From: Bispira polyomma
Taxonomy: Eukaryota
DNA length: 64,000 nucleotides
Reading direction: 5' to 3'
Assembly: GCA_965649765.1 (NCBI GenBank)
Contig: OZ287749.1
Location: 5,766,001-5,830,000 of the forward strand
A program made the translations under genes and the position numbers. This document shows, one piece after another, positions 58,801-64,000 of the stretch. Below the pieces are notes generated by a model. The model ran no database searches and had not been told where the DNA came from. It worked only from the letters and a program-made list of their open reading frames with translations. Position 1 is the first letter of the stretch; each line of letters opens with the position of its first letter.

Positions 58801-61800
58801 ACTGACTTGGTCCAGGTAAATATATCCTAGGACTTACTCTAGTAGGACACATGTGAAGACATAACTGACTTGATCGAGGTACATGTATCCTAGAGCTTAC
58901 TCTAGTAGGGCATGTGTGAAGACATAACTGACTTGGTCAAGGTAAATATATTATATGACTTACTCCAGTTCTGAGTCTTCTGGTGTAGAGAAATCATCCT
59001 GTATGTGGAATTCTTGAGGAACATGCGATGTTCTATGGACTGCAATTTTCTAAACACAAAGTATATAATAATGTATTTCTGAAGAAAGAAGTTGTTGTTC
59101 TTAAAACTTAAATTAGTCATTTTTTACCTTTATGTATGCACAAAGTTTTTTCCCTAAATAAAAAATAAATAATAAATGTCTCTAAATAAAAAAAATAATG
59201 AATACAACATTTCTAATAAAACACAAATTCTCTCGTTATCAAGTTTTGCATTCAAGTAAAAATAAAACATCTTAAATTACAGTCAAAAGGAAACTGAAAC
59301 AGTGATATTTAAACAGGGATTGTGTTACAAGTCAAGTTCAATATTTTGCATAAATGTATCAATTATTACCTTAATATGTTGGAGTTTAACACTGATCATT
59401 TTGGTGGTCTTGGACTTTACAATAAAATAGAATCAGAAATAGCTTTACTCTACATAAAGTACCTTGTTACCTTAACATGTTGGTGTTTAGCACTCTCCAG
59501 AGCTTTGGTCGTCTTGGTCTTTACAAAGTTCACTGTTATACCCGATGGCTCGGCCTGATAAACAGCGCTGTGACTTCCTGATACAGAAACAGATTATCTA
59601 GATTAGAGTACCGATTGTATAACTTCTTATCTATTTAAGATAAGGCGGAAGTGGAAATTGTTACAAGAAATTCATTTTTGGGTGGTTTGATAGCAAGAAA
59701 ATGTATAAAAGTAAAATCTTGGTGAAAAAAATACACTTATGAGTCAGGAATATAAAATTTGCCACTTCTAAATCTTCAGCCAAATTTTAAGAAAAACTGG
59801 GCAAATAAATAAAAGGAATTTAGGTAAGTGACACAAAAAGGTCGCAAAAATCTTGATTTCCACAAATATACTAAAACCATAAGACTTTCTAGGTGGCGAA
59901 TATCAGATATAGTGGCAATTCTAGAATTTTTACACTATTTAGTAAAATGCTCACAAAAGCCCGTAATACCATAAAACTTTTCAACCTTTTGAGAATCCAT
60001 TTTAATACAAATCATAACCCAGTTATACTTGCAGATATCTTGTTTATAATTATACAGTTGTAGCCCCTTTAAGTAAAACTCTGTTAGTTTGATTTTTCTT
60101 ATGTTGAGAAAAAAATGTGGTCACTCAAAGACAATCCTATTTGAGCAAAAAATATTTCTCGTATAGCCTCAATTGAAGTTTAATTTAAAGGCTTCCGCTG
60201 TGAATAAACATGACTTTATTCACATTTTTTGGCAACTGTGGCTTCTTGGCCGAGGTGTGTGCTCCAGTGAGTGACCTTATAGTTTATTATGAACTGGTCA
60301 AATTTTGTCTATATTCATTAATGTATTGTAATACTATTCTATCACTGAGTTCGGACTGAATGCAGGCTATTTTAAGCCATTTTTTTCTGACTAAAAATAA
60401 GGAAGTTTAAATATGCCAACTCAATTTCCAGTGTATTCAGTATGTAAACAACTCCCCACCTATTTATTAAAAAAGTATGTGTAAAATGAGATGTTCATGT
60501 TTTTGATACACACAGAGTGTTACGTTTTCCACATAATTATCACCTTCAATGCAGCCTACCAAGGAAAAAACTTAACCATTCATTATACAGATTTCTTTTT
60601 GCAGGGACACAATATGCCTTTTTTGAATATAAGGTACTTTGTTGTCAAAATACTATTATTAAAATTTGTCTATAGTTTATTACCTAAAATTACGGGGCCC
60701 CTTTTATGACAGATTTAATACCACAAGATGTAAAATCTGAATATTCAAAATTACTAACTTTACTCAATTTTTATCCTATTTACTATTAACTTTCACCAAA
60801 GTGCTGACCCTAAGGTCACCTTAAATATTAAAGGTGTCCTCAAACGTTGATAAGTTAATTAATGTTTGCATACAATAAGTTTAGAAAAGTTAGCATTAAC
60901 TTTAAATTTTCAAAATAAAATTTATATTCTCTTTCAGACCTAGGGCCATTTTAACTCTTGTTAACGTCACCTTAACATTTGGGTCATTTTGGTCACAGCT
61001 TTGCTTTTGATGCTCCCATTGTTTGGAATACTCTTCCTGAAGTGATTCGTGCTTTCCCCCACTAGCCTGTTTTAGAAAGCAGCTTAAAACCCACTTGTAC
61101 AGTAAAGCATACCCACCTTAGTCTCAATCATCCCCCAGCGAACTCTGTGGTACTGACCTTATTCTCTCCCTTATATTGGAAATTGGATTACTGTCTTTTG
61201 TGTTGTTGCGCCTCAGAGTCCCCTTCATTAAGGGGAGATTAAGCACTATAAAAGTCTAATTACAATTACAATTAACAAGTAAAAATATAATATATGGTGG
61301 TGTTGTACCTACATGTAATACTAAGTCAAATAAAATATATATATGTGCAGTTTCCTGTCGGATTGAGTTTTCATTATTTAATAAGCTAAGTATGTAATTA
61401 CCTTTTACATCAGTTTGGTTAATCCTGATATCTGTGAGAACAAAGGTCGGTTAGCCAGAATTCTTCTGTGCTACATGTGGTGTGTGGACGAAGTATTTCT
61501 TAACTTTTGGCATTACTTAAAGATGAATCAACCACTTTTAAGTTATTAAGTTTGAGGTAACCTTTTAGTGACAGGGAATTTAGTTCTGGGATGGTTCATA
61601 CATGTGTAAACCAGCCATTAGATGAAGCTTACTATTAAACTCAGCAAAGATTTGACTCAGGAACTCCAGTGCTTGTTGTACAGGTCGTGTGACCATGCTT
61701 GAATGACTTGGTTTGAGTCATGGACTTTAGGTAAGCTGGAAAAAGTAATGCGTGTTCAAAGTATTTGAGTAATTTTATTGGAAACCAGACATAACTAGGG

Positions 61801-62047
61801 TGACGGTCTGAGTGTAAATAAAATAGAATTTAAAAAAAACAACAATATTATAAGTTTACCTTCGTGTCCCGACTCATTTGTACTGTACGCCCACCTCTGT
61901 CCCTTGTCTATCTGGGACCTAGAGATCACCAGCTTTGAGGACATTAGGTTGAGGATGGTTTTCTTGGCTGACAACACAGCGGCTCTCTCGCTACTTTCAT
62001 AGTAAATGGTGAGAACTTCTCCATCCTCACTCAATTCAAACAGCAAG
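2152..62047 (-). CDS. Giant multi-exon gene (46 exons traced, partial at both ends): LLT/vitellogenin-N-like + M23/LECT2-like peptidase + SAP + FN3-like + PAN multidomain protein
   Basis: 46 exons, each with AG acceptor and GT donor, join in continuous phase without stops (6830 nt); motifs recognised by eye. Confidence 0.9.
2324..2600. repeat. 41-bp tandem array containing exon 46 acceptor
   Basis: CACAGCAATAAGGTACTCGCCTAAAATAGAACAA units, about 7 copies. Confidence 0.9.
3147..3842. mobile_element. MITE, PIF/Harbinger-like
   Basis: TIRs GGGCCGTATTCAC / GTGAATACGGCCC with subterminal GATCAA/AGCTGA repeats. Confidence 0.75.
4680..4922. mobile_element. MITE, PIF/Harbinger-like
   Basis: TIRs GGGCCGAATTCACAAA / TTTGTGAATACGGCCC. 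Confidence 0.75.
4980..5153 (-). CDS. exon 45 (VDLKTIGHAP...WEGFHDPDSGI)
   Basis: ctctag / A|gtaagt; WxGFxDPxSGI motif. Confidence 0.9.
5965..6262 (-). mobile_element. tRNA-derived SINE
   Basis: Minus-strand head GTGGCTTAGTGGTT...GGTTCCGAGTTCTACTCC; body similar to 15985-16250. Confidence 0.55.
6255..6800. repeat. 71-bp tandem array containing exon 44 3' end and donor
   Basis: About 7.5 copies of ~58 nt exon end plus GTAAGATATCTAC. Confidence 0.93.
6736..6902 (-). CDS. exon 44 (DDLSLIKYGEFGLG...VRVTNN)
   Basis: gtatag / G|gtaag. Confidence 0.87.
7110..7215. mobile_element. short palindromic MITE (family of 10155-10261)
   Basis: GGGTGGTCTTCACAAAAGGGCTAAG ... CTTAGCCCTTTTCTGAATACCGGCC. Confidence 0.65.
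7300..7469 (-). mobile_element. tRNA-derived SINE fragment
   Basis: Reverse complement of head at 20083 and 50414. Confidence 0.6.
7825..8005 (-). CDS. exon 43 (DGPHFITVRALNTVEYGG...DNTPP...VNAT)
   Basis: tcacag / AC|gttagt. Confidence 0.88.
9807..9977 (-). CDS. exon 42 (GNWDGIYDYETGILLYTWSVGT...LELE)
   Basis: ttacag / G|gtacg; WxGxxDxExGIxxYxWxVGT repeat motif. Confidence 0.9.
9915..10370. repeat. ~114-bp tandem array containing exon 42 acceptor and 5' exon part
   Basis: Three copies; third interrupted by a MITE. Confidence 0.88.
10155..10261. mobile_element. 107-bp hairpin MITE with CAG target-site duplication
   Basis: Near-palindrome TATTCACGAAGGGACTTAGCCAAG...CTTGGCTAAGTCCCTTTGTGAATA; CAG both sides; empty site visible in sister repeat units. 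Confidence 0.85.
10693..10787 (-). CDS. exon 41 (YITDGEGSLCLFNG...RRMAS)
   Basis: caccag / G|gtggg. Confidence 0.83.
11835..12006 (-). CDS. exon 40 (GYTSILSSEGVLVDLTTP...PNYR)
   Basis: ttccag / AG|gtttg. Confidence 0.88.
12229..12425 (+). mobile_element. tRNA-derived SINE
   Basis: A box CAGTGGTTAG, B box GGTTCGAATC, non-tRNA tail. Confidence 0.7.
13105..13228 (-). CDS. exon 39 (SSQYYYYERRGIGKVAEF...VRNKL)
   Basis: ttacag / G|gtatgt. Confidence 0.86.
13590..14190. mobile_element. two adjacent copies of piggyBac-like MITE family
   Basis: Shared AACTATCACTGTCATGGAACTGAAG, CACACCACAGACTACTTC and TTCCTATTGCGAGGAACT blocks, also near 24258, 35540, 43338, 52850, 58142. Confidence 0.6.
14507..14691 (-). 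CDS. exon 38, PAN/apple-like (CAQICLAYPPSKCQGFNYD...CELL)
   Basis: ttttag / AAG|gtttg; CxxxC...CxxFxY...CxL pattern. Confidence 0.88.
15985..16250 (+). mobile_element. tRNA-derived SINE
   Basis: Degenerate A/B boxes; body shared with 5965-6262 and about 42020-42240. Confidence 0.5.
16690..17140. repeat. Tc1/mariner-type MITE whose right end is amplified as a 51-bp tandem array (16850-17140)
   Basis: Left TIR CAGCAGAACCTCTATTA; about 5.5 units containing TATAGAGGTTCTACTGTA. Confidence 0.8.
17152..17272 (-). CDS. exon 37 (VSLGYGEEIYGFQIINW...TRFH)
   Basis: atttag / A|gtgagt. Confidence 0.86.
17310..17490. repeat. ~40-bp minisatellite
   Basis: AAACATACTTCAGTACCCAGTGTATTAGG, about 5 copies. 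Confidence 0.85.
18038..18244 (-). CDS. exon 36 (TMHTGQRLYFKITARNNAG...DMTLP...QTQ), FN3-like
   Basis: tgacag / CAG|gtaatg; YxxxxxAxNxAG FN3 signature. Confidence 0.9.
18530..18810. repeat. ~90-bp tandem repeat, 3 copies
   Basis: TTAACAGGCTGATAT...TTTAACATTGCCAACACACTGCCT. Confidence 0.85.
18954..19066 (-). CDS. exon 35 (AVEDDRSPVSMTYCVGTFKGGCD...TE), FN3-like
   Basis: atgtag / GAG|gtgag. Confidence 0.85.
19793..19861. repeat. poly-C / (CA)n / poly-C microsatellite
   Basis: Directly visible. Confidence 0.9.
19890..20690. repeat. ~80-bp tandem array containing exon 34 3' end and donor
   Basis: About 7 copies of ACTTACCCAGTTCAATGACATAGGCAGGCTCTGTATAATCCCTT with variable (CA)n spacer. Confidence 0.9.
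20083..20331 (+). mobile_element. tRNA-derived SINE with TATAATCCCTT target-site duplication
   Basis: Head GGGGCCGCGGTGGCCTAATGGTTAG, B-box-like GAGTTTGACTCC, AATTCAAAT tail, 11-bp direct repeat flanks. Confidence 0.85.
20627..20759 (-). CDS. exon 34 (NCTNCEEVEERSRRKR...YVIEL)
   Basis: ctacag / G|gtaagt; RRKR site. Confidence 0.87.
20976..21249. mobile_element. MITE (inverted relative of 45016-45494)
   Basis: Shares end GTGTGAACGCTAC and internal palindrome TTTTGAACATGTTCAAAA. Confidence 0.7.
21607..21823 (-). CDS. exon 33 (ARMDLQLIPLRIELY...DNTPPDF...KA)
   Basis: tttcag / GCG|gttagt. Confidence 0.87.
22700..23240. mobile_element. Helitron-like element with 156-bp internal tandem repeats
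   Basis: Units at about 22746, 22902, 23058; 3' end CCCTATGTATCCGCCAGAGCAGGTGACACAAAAA. Confidence 0.6.
23351..23508 (-). CDS. exon 32 (ARITPRIGSGVWG...KFPLEVR)
   Basis: tcccag / AG|gtttg. Confidence 0.88.
24258..24565. mobile_element. piggyBac-like MITE
   Basis: TTAA|CCCTTTCACC ... GGTCAAAAGAG|TTAA. Confidence 0.65.
24623..24693 (-). CDS. exon 31 (RMGIDGYYGSDFSVNLCVLSMKAV)
   Basis: atacag / GTG|gtaag; phase joins exons 30 and 32. Confidence 0.85.
24760..25092. mobile_element. MITE
   Basis: TIRs CTAGGTCTCATT / AATGAGACCTAG. Confidence 0.65.
26809..27093. repeat. apparently perfect 140-bp tandem duplication followed by poly-C
   Basis: Units start at 26809 and 26949. Confidence 0.9.
27256..27900 (+). 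mobile_element. L2/CR1-clade LINE 3' fragment (degenerate ORF2 C-terminus and tail)
   Basis: ICRSCYYHIRDIKRIRNHL...LDYCNSLL...LHWLPI; related tails at 38490-38775, 42430-42500, 60985-61275 and 26170-26370 (-). Confidence 0.85.
27918..28083 (-). CDS. exon 30 (LRKQIENAIAQIFGNEFD...GPVVLVF)
   Basis: tttaag / C|gtaagt. Confidence 0.85.
30263..30384 (-). CDS. exon 29 (SVDSLLNTTIADVIK...FQAW)
   Basis: tgacag / TGG|gtaac. Confidence 0.85.
30838..30982 (-). CDS. exon 28 (VSLGVRWCSTKSEECQD...TTAS)
   Basis: gtgtag / T|gtaagt. Confidence 0.83.
31807..31907 (-). CDS. exon 27 (TAAGSEPVESNVQ...GVLK)
   Basis: ttacag / AAG|gtaac. Confidence 0.83.
32994..33200 (-). CDS. exon 26, Cys-rich (CFGLK...YCSYQSDCLGLSCCLD...YDPC...)
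   Basis: tcccag / A|gtgagt; 207 nt open. Confidence 0.88.
33828..33966 (-). CDS. exon 25, SAP-like motif (LDDKELKAALTLRGKSTSGARQTLLNRY)
   Basis: tggcag / A|gtgagt; matches SAP consensus LxxxELKxxLxxRGLxxSGxKxxLxxRL. Confidence 0.88.
34871..35031 (-). CDS. exon 24 (NFTKSLGLPGFDKLK...LKVE)
   Basis: tttcag / GAG|gtaag. Confidence 0.88.
35333..35504 (-). CDS. exon 23 (GKTISSGQ...GRKKRAVFDN...LE)
   Basis: acaaag / A|gtgagt; acidic linker plus RKKR. Confidence 0.85.
36002..36190 (-). CDS. exon 22 (VGAGDVIGTV...HVHFSM...INPSRY...VWL), M23 HxH
   Basis: tatcag / CTG|gtaag; VxxGDxIG, HxH and NP motifs. Confidence 0.9.
36144..36360. repeat. 109-bp duplication of exon 22 acceptor region
   Basis: CACCACCTGGGGTTGG..ACTGTACCAATGA..CCTGATAGA..ATTACAACACAG occurs twice. 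Confidence 0.85.
36832..36972 (-). CDS. exon 21 (IVAPFNGYI...LNHKQ), M23 core
   Basis: tttcag / CAG|gtaca; APFxG motif. Confidence 0.88.
37440..37830 (+). mobile_element. non-LTR retrotransposon 3' fragment (C-terminal Cys knuckle)
   Basis: Plus-strand translation GILPLRIETGRF...LCQVCKSNEVEDEMYFLCTCPLYNSIR. Confidence 0.75.
38810..38981 (-). CDS. exon 20 (YQEARTLLDLVFGPK...HEGVD...GSP), M23 HxxxD
   Basis: ccgcag / CCG|gtaag; HEGVD motif. Confidence 0.9.
39290..39620. repeat. 57-bp tandem array containing exon 19 donor
   Basis: CACAGCCTTACCCTTCTAACAACAGTTT..AGTCTTAGATATATGGACAGATGTAAA, about 5.5 copies. Confidence 0.92.
39596..39768 (-). CDS. exon 19 (KTMKRQALLEVW...WKLLLEG)
   Basis: ccatag / GG|gtaagg. 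Confidence 0.87.
40350..41155. repeat. 21-bp purine-rich minisatellite
   Basis: GAGAGACAGCAYRAAGAAYGG, roughly 38 copies. Confidence 0.95.
41409..41592. repeat. ~35-bp tandem array containing exon 18 donor
   Basis: TACATTACCAGGTCCACC..AGTATATCTGTACTA, 5 copies. Confidence 0.9.
41572..41729 (-). CDS. exon 18 (DNRPYWFDFS...TGVDL)
   Basis: tttcag / CTG|gtaatg. Confidence 0.87.
43028..43098 (-). CDS. exon 17 (ISAAVAAVLAAKDKIVEANIFDK)
   Basis: ctaaag / G|gtaat. Confidence 0.82.
43338..44167. mobile_element. piggyBac-like MITE carrying a nested insertion
   Basis: TTAACCCTTTTGACCC ... GGGGTCAAAAGGTT; family blocks interrupted at 43463-44005. Confidence 0.65.
43463..44005. mobile_element. TGTA...TACA element with CCGG target-site duplication (Ginger1-like MITE or solo LTR)
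   Basis: CCGG|TGTAACACC ... GGTACTACA|CCGG; uninterrupted site ACTATTACCGGCATTC near 52930. Confidence 0.7.
44474..44616 (-). CDS. exon 16 (AIVDTVTTTIPWAWDEIK...GAAR)
   Basis: ttgcag / AG|gtgaa. Confidence 0.87.
45016..45494. mobile_element. MITE
   Basis: TIRs GCGTTCACACTGTC / GACAATGTGAACGC; relative at 20976-21249. Confidence 0.75.
46302..46637 (-). CDS. exon 15 (EYGHEDLK...VMTLYN), amphipathic helices
   Basis: tgccag / AAT|gtgagt; 336 nt open. Confidence 0.9.
47066..47211 (-). CDS. exon 14 (APLAGHVKVDIHDGAWA...LNILG)
   Basis: tcacag / GGG|gtaag. Confidence 0.87.
47512..47702 (-). CDS. exon 13 (YSNVTSLEHQRMRR...DIAI)
   Basis: ctccag / G|gtgagt; RMRR site. Confidence 0.87.
47690..47900. 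repeat. 66-bp tandem array containing exon 13 acceptor
   Basis: ATTACTGTACCTGGAGGTTTAAATAAAC, about 3.5 copies. Confidence 0.88.
48647..48780 (-). CDS. exon 12 (AAELLLQVALTDEEDNVRRNA...ELYR)
   Basis: ttccag / AG|gtgtt; HEAT-like helices. Confidence 0.85.
49069..49280 (-). CDS. exon 11 (DPFHHRQ...ALGNAG...QHPE)
   Basis: ALGNAG motif of LLT helical domain; caccag / GAG|gtgagt. Confidence 0.9.
49263..49492. repeat. 79-80-bp tandem array containing exon 11 acceptor
   Basis: GTGGTGGAAGGGGTCTGGTGGG..GATACAGTA..TAAGACCACCTGTGTAT, 3 copies. Confidence 0.9.
50414..50612 (+). mobile_element. tRNA-derived SINE
   Basis: GGCCACAGTGGCTTAGTGGTTAG...GGGTTTGAATCCC; sister at about 49807-49950. Confidence 0.7.
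50726..50860 (-). CDS. exon 10 (DDHISSQVNDRTKLVVGAMV...GVH)
   Basis: ttccag / G|gtgagt. Confidence 0.85.
51946..52000 (-). CDS. exon 9 (LLLNELQWRAFEEPWDFE)
   Basis: ttaaag / G|gtatt; bridges phase 0 to 1. Confidence 0.72.
52232..52386 (-). CDS. exon 8 (GWLVMIDALGAAGTEDA...CPPK)
   Basis: DALGAAGT motif typical of vitellogenin/MTP helical domain; AAG|gtagg donor. Confidence 0.88.
53384..53488 (-). CDS. exon 7 (DSHRSIPCFRQIRVALQRVSFDDLKTL...)
   Basis: cgtcag / G|gtgaa; start of LLT alpha-helical region. Confidence 0.82.
53519..53673. mobile_element. Tc1/mariner-type MITE
   Basis: TIRs CAGTAGAAACTCTGTTATCC / GGATAATAGAGGTTCTATTG; relatives near 12660, 16690, 30070, 39116, 56092. Confidence 0.7.
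54600..54678 (-). CDS. exon 6 (IPPDNYNLTEAEDIIRSNMSCVLKYK)
   Basis: gtttag / G|gtaag. Confidence 0.82.
55741..55868 (-). CDS. exon 5 (NFPTMGSQSTSRLKLES...LKADL)
   Basis: ttgtag / CTG|gtaag. Confidence 0.82.
56605..56636 (-). CDS. exon 4, 32-nt micro-exon (DEPGADPEFTM)
   Basis: tttcag / A|gtaagt; bridges phase 2 to phase 1. Confidence 0.7.
56870..57135. repeat. 26-bp minisatellite
   Basis: TGCACACATATTCCCTCTACCTACAA, about 10 copies. Confidence 0.92.
58470..58972. repeat. 60-bp tandem array containing exon 3 donor
   Basis: GTGAAGACATAACTGACTTGGTCCAGGTAAATATATCCTAGGACTTACTCTAGTAG, about 8 copies; last unit is the true junction GACTTACTCCAGT. Confidence 0.9.
58964..59049 (-). CDS. exon 3 (KIAVHRTSHVPQEFHIQDDFSTPEDSEL)
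   Basis: gtttag / GA|gtaagt; phase-consistent. Confidence 0.8.
59471..59577 (-). CDS. exon 2 (GSHSAVYQAE...HQHVK)
   Basis: tatcag / AAG|gtaac; phase matches neighbours. Confidence 0.85.
60985..61275 (+). mobile_element. L2-like LINE/SINE 3' end
   Basis: WNTLP...FRKQLKTHL-type terminus and (TACAAT)n tail. Confidence 0.65.
61860..62047 (-). CDS. exon 1 in window (LLFELSEDGEVLTIYY...NESGHE), LLT N-terminal beta region
   Basis: tttatag acceptor, G|gtaaac donor; KKTILNLMS resembles vitellogenin-N. Confidence 0.85.
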
Positions 62048-62509
62048 CTATAAACATTTAGAATATACACTGGCACCCTGTTAAGTCGAATCTAATGGAA
62101 CAAAATTTGTCCTACCATTTTTTTTACTTGACTGAACAATAAAAACTGTCTGGATACATGGTCTCAGCCCCTATATATGTTTTTTGGAGGGAAATCTAGA
62201 GGTTTTGAGGTCGCCCCATGTCAGATAGTTGGAAGTGAATGATTATGACGAGACAGTACAATTCACAGATTATTTTGATAAATCGAAATAAAGTACCTTG
62301 CTTTATTGACTTTATCTTATCAAGATAATATGTTACCAAATAAAAAAAAAATTAAATGTGATGTTGCAGTAATATTCAATAACAGTGAGATAAAAATATT
62401 CATCGTGGGAGTTTGCTACTAATATTTGCTACTACCACCAAGATCTGCACCCGCACCCACGGCGGTAGTTTGGAAACTGATTAATCAAGATATACAACAC
62501 GATATATCG

Positions 62510-63810
62510 AAAAATCCATCAGTGTCAGATATTGGACAAGATATCGTACATGTGGTTAAAAATACACCTCTCAGTGATTTTTTGATTCTGTCAGATATTG
62601 TGTCTAATTTTAACTAACCATATCTTCATTAATATTTCATTAAGATTGAAATTGGTAAAGCTATCACAAAGTACTTAATAACAGCTTTCTAATGATACCA
62701 AAACGAAAAATGTAGGTGAAGTATTTATAAAGATATAGTCATAATTTCATAATAAACTAAAAAAGTTGTAAGATAACTACATAAAATGTGACGTTTAACA
62801 ATTGAATGACGTCAATCCCATCCGATATTGCATCAGTGAAACAATTTTCACGTGCACTGACACAGACACGGATTACTAGGAAAAGCACGGATCACGTATG
62901 ATAGCGCTTACTGAAAGCTGTATTTTTAACAAGACAATATATAAGGATCTATATTTCACGCTCACGGACCCATGTACTGATCGTGCCATATCGCAGAGGT
63001 GTATTTCCAGGTTTAATATTTAAATGATTACGATGTTCAGTCTAAAACCAAGGATTTCAATATAAAATGTTTTATTGTATAACCTTATAAGATTTGCAAC
63101 TTGAAAATAAAAAATTTCAAAAACAAAAATATTTTTACCATTTATTGAAGTCCATTTCTGGTTTTTGTGCTTCTTGTGCTGAAATATAGAAGACAGACAA
63201 TATGGGTGTCATTGATGAAAATAACAATACATGGCACATAGTCAACATTGTATTATATTAACAAAGTCCATTGTGTAAGGAAATAGTAAAATATATATAT
63301 GGAGTTGGACCACTATTAATTTTGTTATATGTTATCTTATAGCCTGTTGCGCTACACTGAAGTCCGGCCAAATGCTTGCCCTACAAATCACACAGTTCAA
63401 TTTTGGAATTTCCCACCGACCATAACGTCCACATCCAGTTGACGTCTTTTTTTAAAAAAAAAAAGACTCGCCGTTAAAAAACTTACACATAAATTTTAAA
63501 CGTCACAAACTCACTGAGATATGATCTAATCAATAACCTCCACTCTAAAAACAGCAACTTTAACCCACAATATCATCATTACAATTTTACTAGAATTAAA
63601 ATTTGTGAGAAGTATCTTTATGCACATAATAAGGGCTTTCTGGTGATACAAAAACGGGAATTTTAGGTCAAGTATTCATATAGATACAGCCATTTAATCA
63701 ATTGAAATTTTCGGGGAAACGAAGCTGACACGATATCTAACAGGATCAAAACCATGTGTACGATATCTCGTACGATATCTAACACTGATGGATTTCACTG
63801 AGAGGTGTAT
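62510..63810. mobile_element. degenerate DNA-transposon relic(s)
   Basis: Inverted ATACACCTCTCAGTGA (62563) / TCACTGAGAGGTGTAT (63795); GCTTTCTGGTGATACAAAAAC block also near 29850. Confidence 0.5.
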
Positions 63811-64000
63811 ATCCAACCTTAAGCGAGATTCGTTGCTGATAATTTGCCGACAGCATTGCGAACAGATCGTTGTGCTTACTGACAGTAAATCAAAGCATCA
63901 GCGAGGACAGAATACTCGGTCTACATGCATATATCAATTTCATTAATTTCGGGAAGATAGAGTGGGCGCCGTAATCGCCACAAGAACGTCATGATTACGT

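Noticed and set aside
58470-58972. CRISPR-like array (also other regular repeats)
   Set aside because: No unique spacers, no cas genes, eukaryotic intron context.
46302-62047. Calling the gene vitellogenin, apoB or MTP
   Set aside because: Only the LLT-like motifs match; the downstream architecture differs, so no symbol is given.

Overview
AT-rich eukaryotic (invertebrate, mollusc-like by repeat style; inference) genomic DNA. The window lies inside one very large minus-strand gene. I traced by hand 46 GT-AG exons (62047 down to 2152) that splice in one continuous phase: 6830 nt, about 2276 codons, with both termini outside the window. The product is a giant modular protein: vitellogenin/large-lipid-transfer (LLT)-like N-terminal region (DALGAAGT, ALGNAG), furin-type sites (RMRR, RKKR, RRKR), amphipathic helical region, an M23/LECT2-like Zn-peptidase domain (HEGVD...HVH), a SAP-like motif, Cys-rich and beta-strand regions, FN3-like repeats and a PAN/apple-like module. 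Introns hold tRNA-derived SINEs, several MITE families, LINE 3' fragments, Helitron-like satellite arrays and minisatellites. The most unusual signal is that at least 11 of the 46 exons have their own splice junction (exon end plus splice site plus intron start) tandemly amplified into the adjacent intron, giving arrays of decoy or alternative splice sites. Repeat-element boundaries are approximate; family names are pattern-based, not database-verified.
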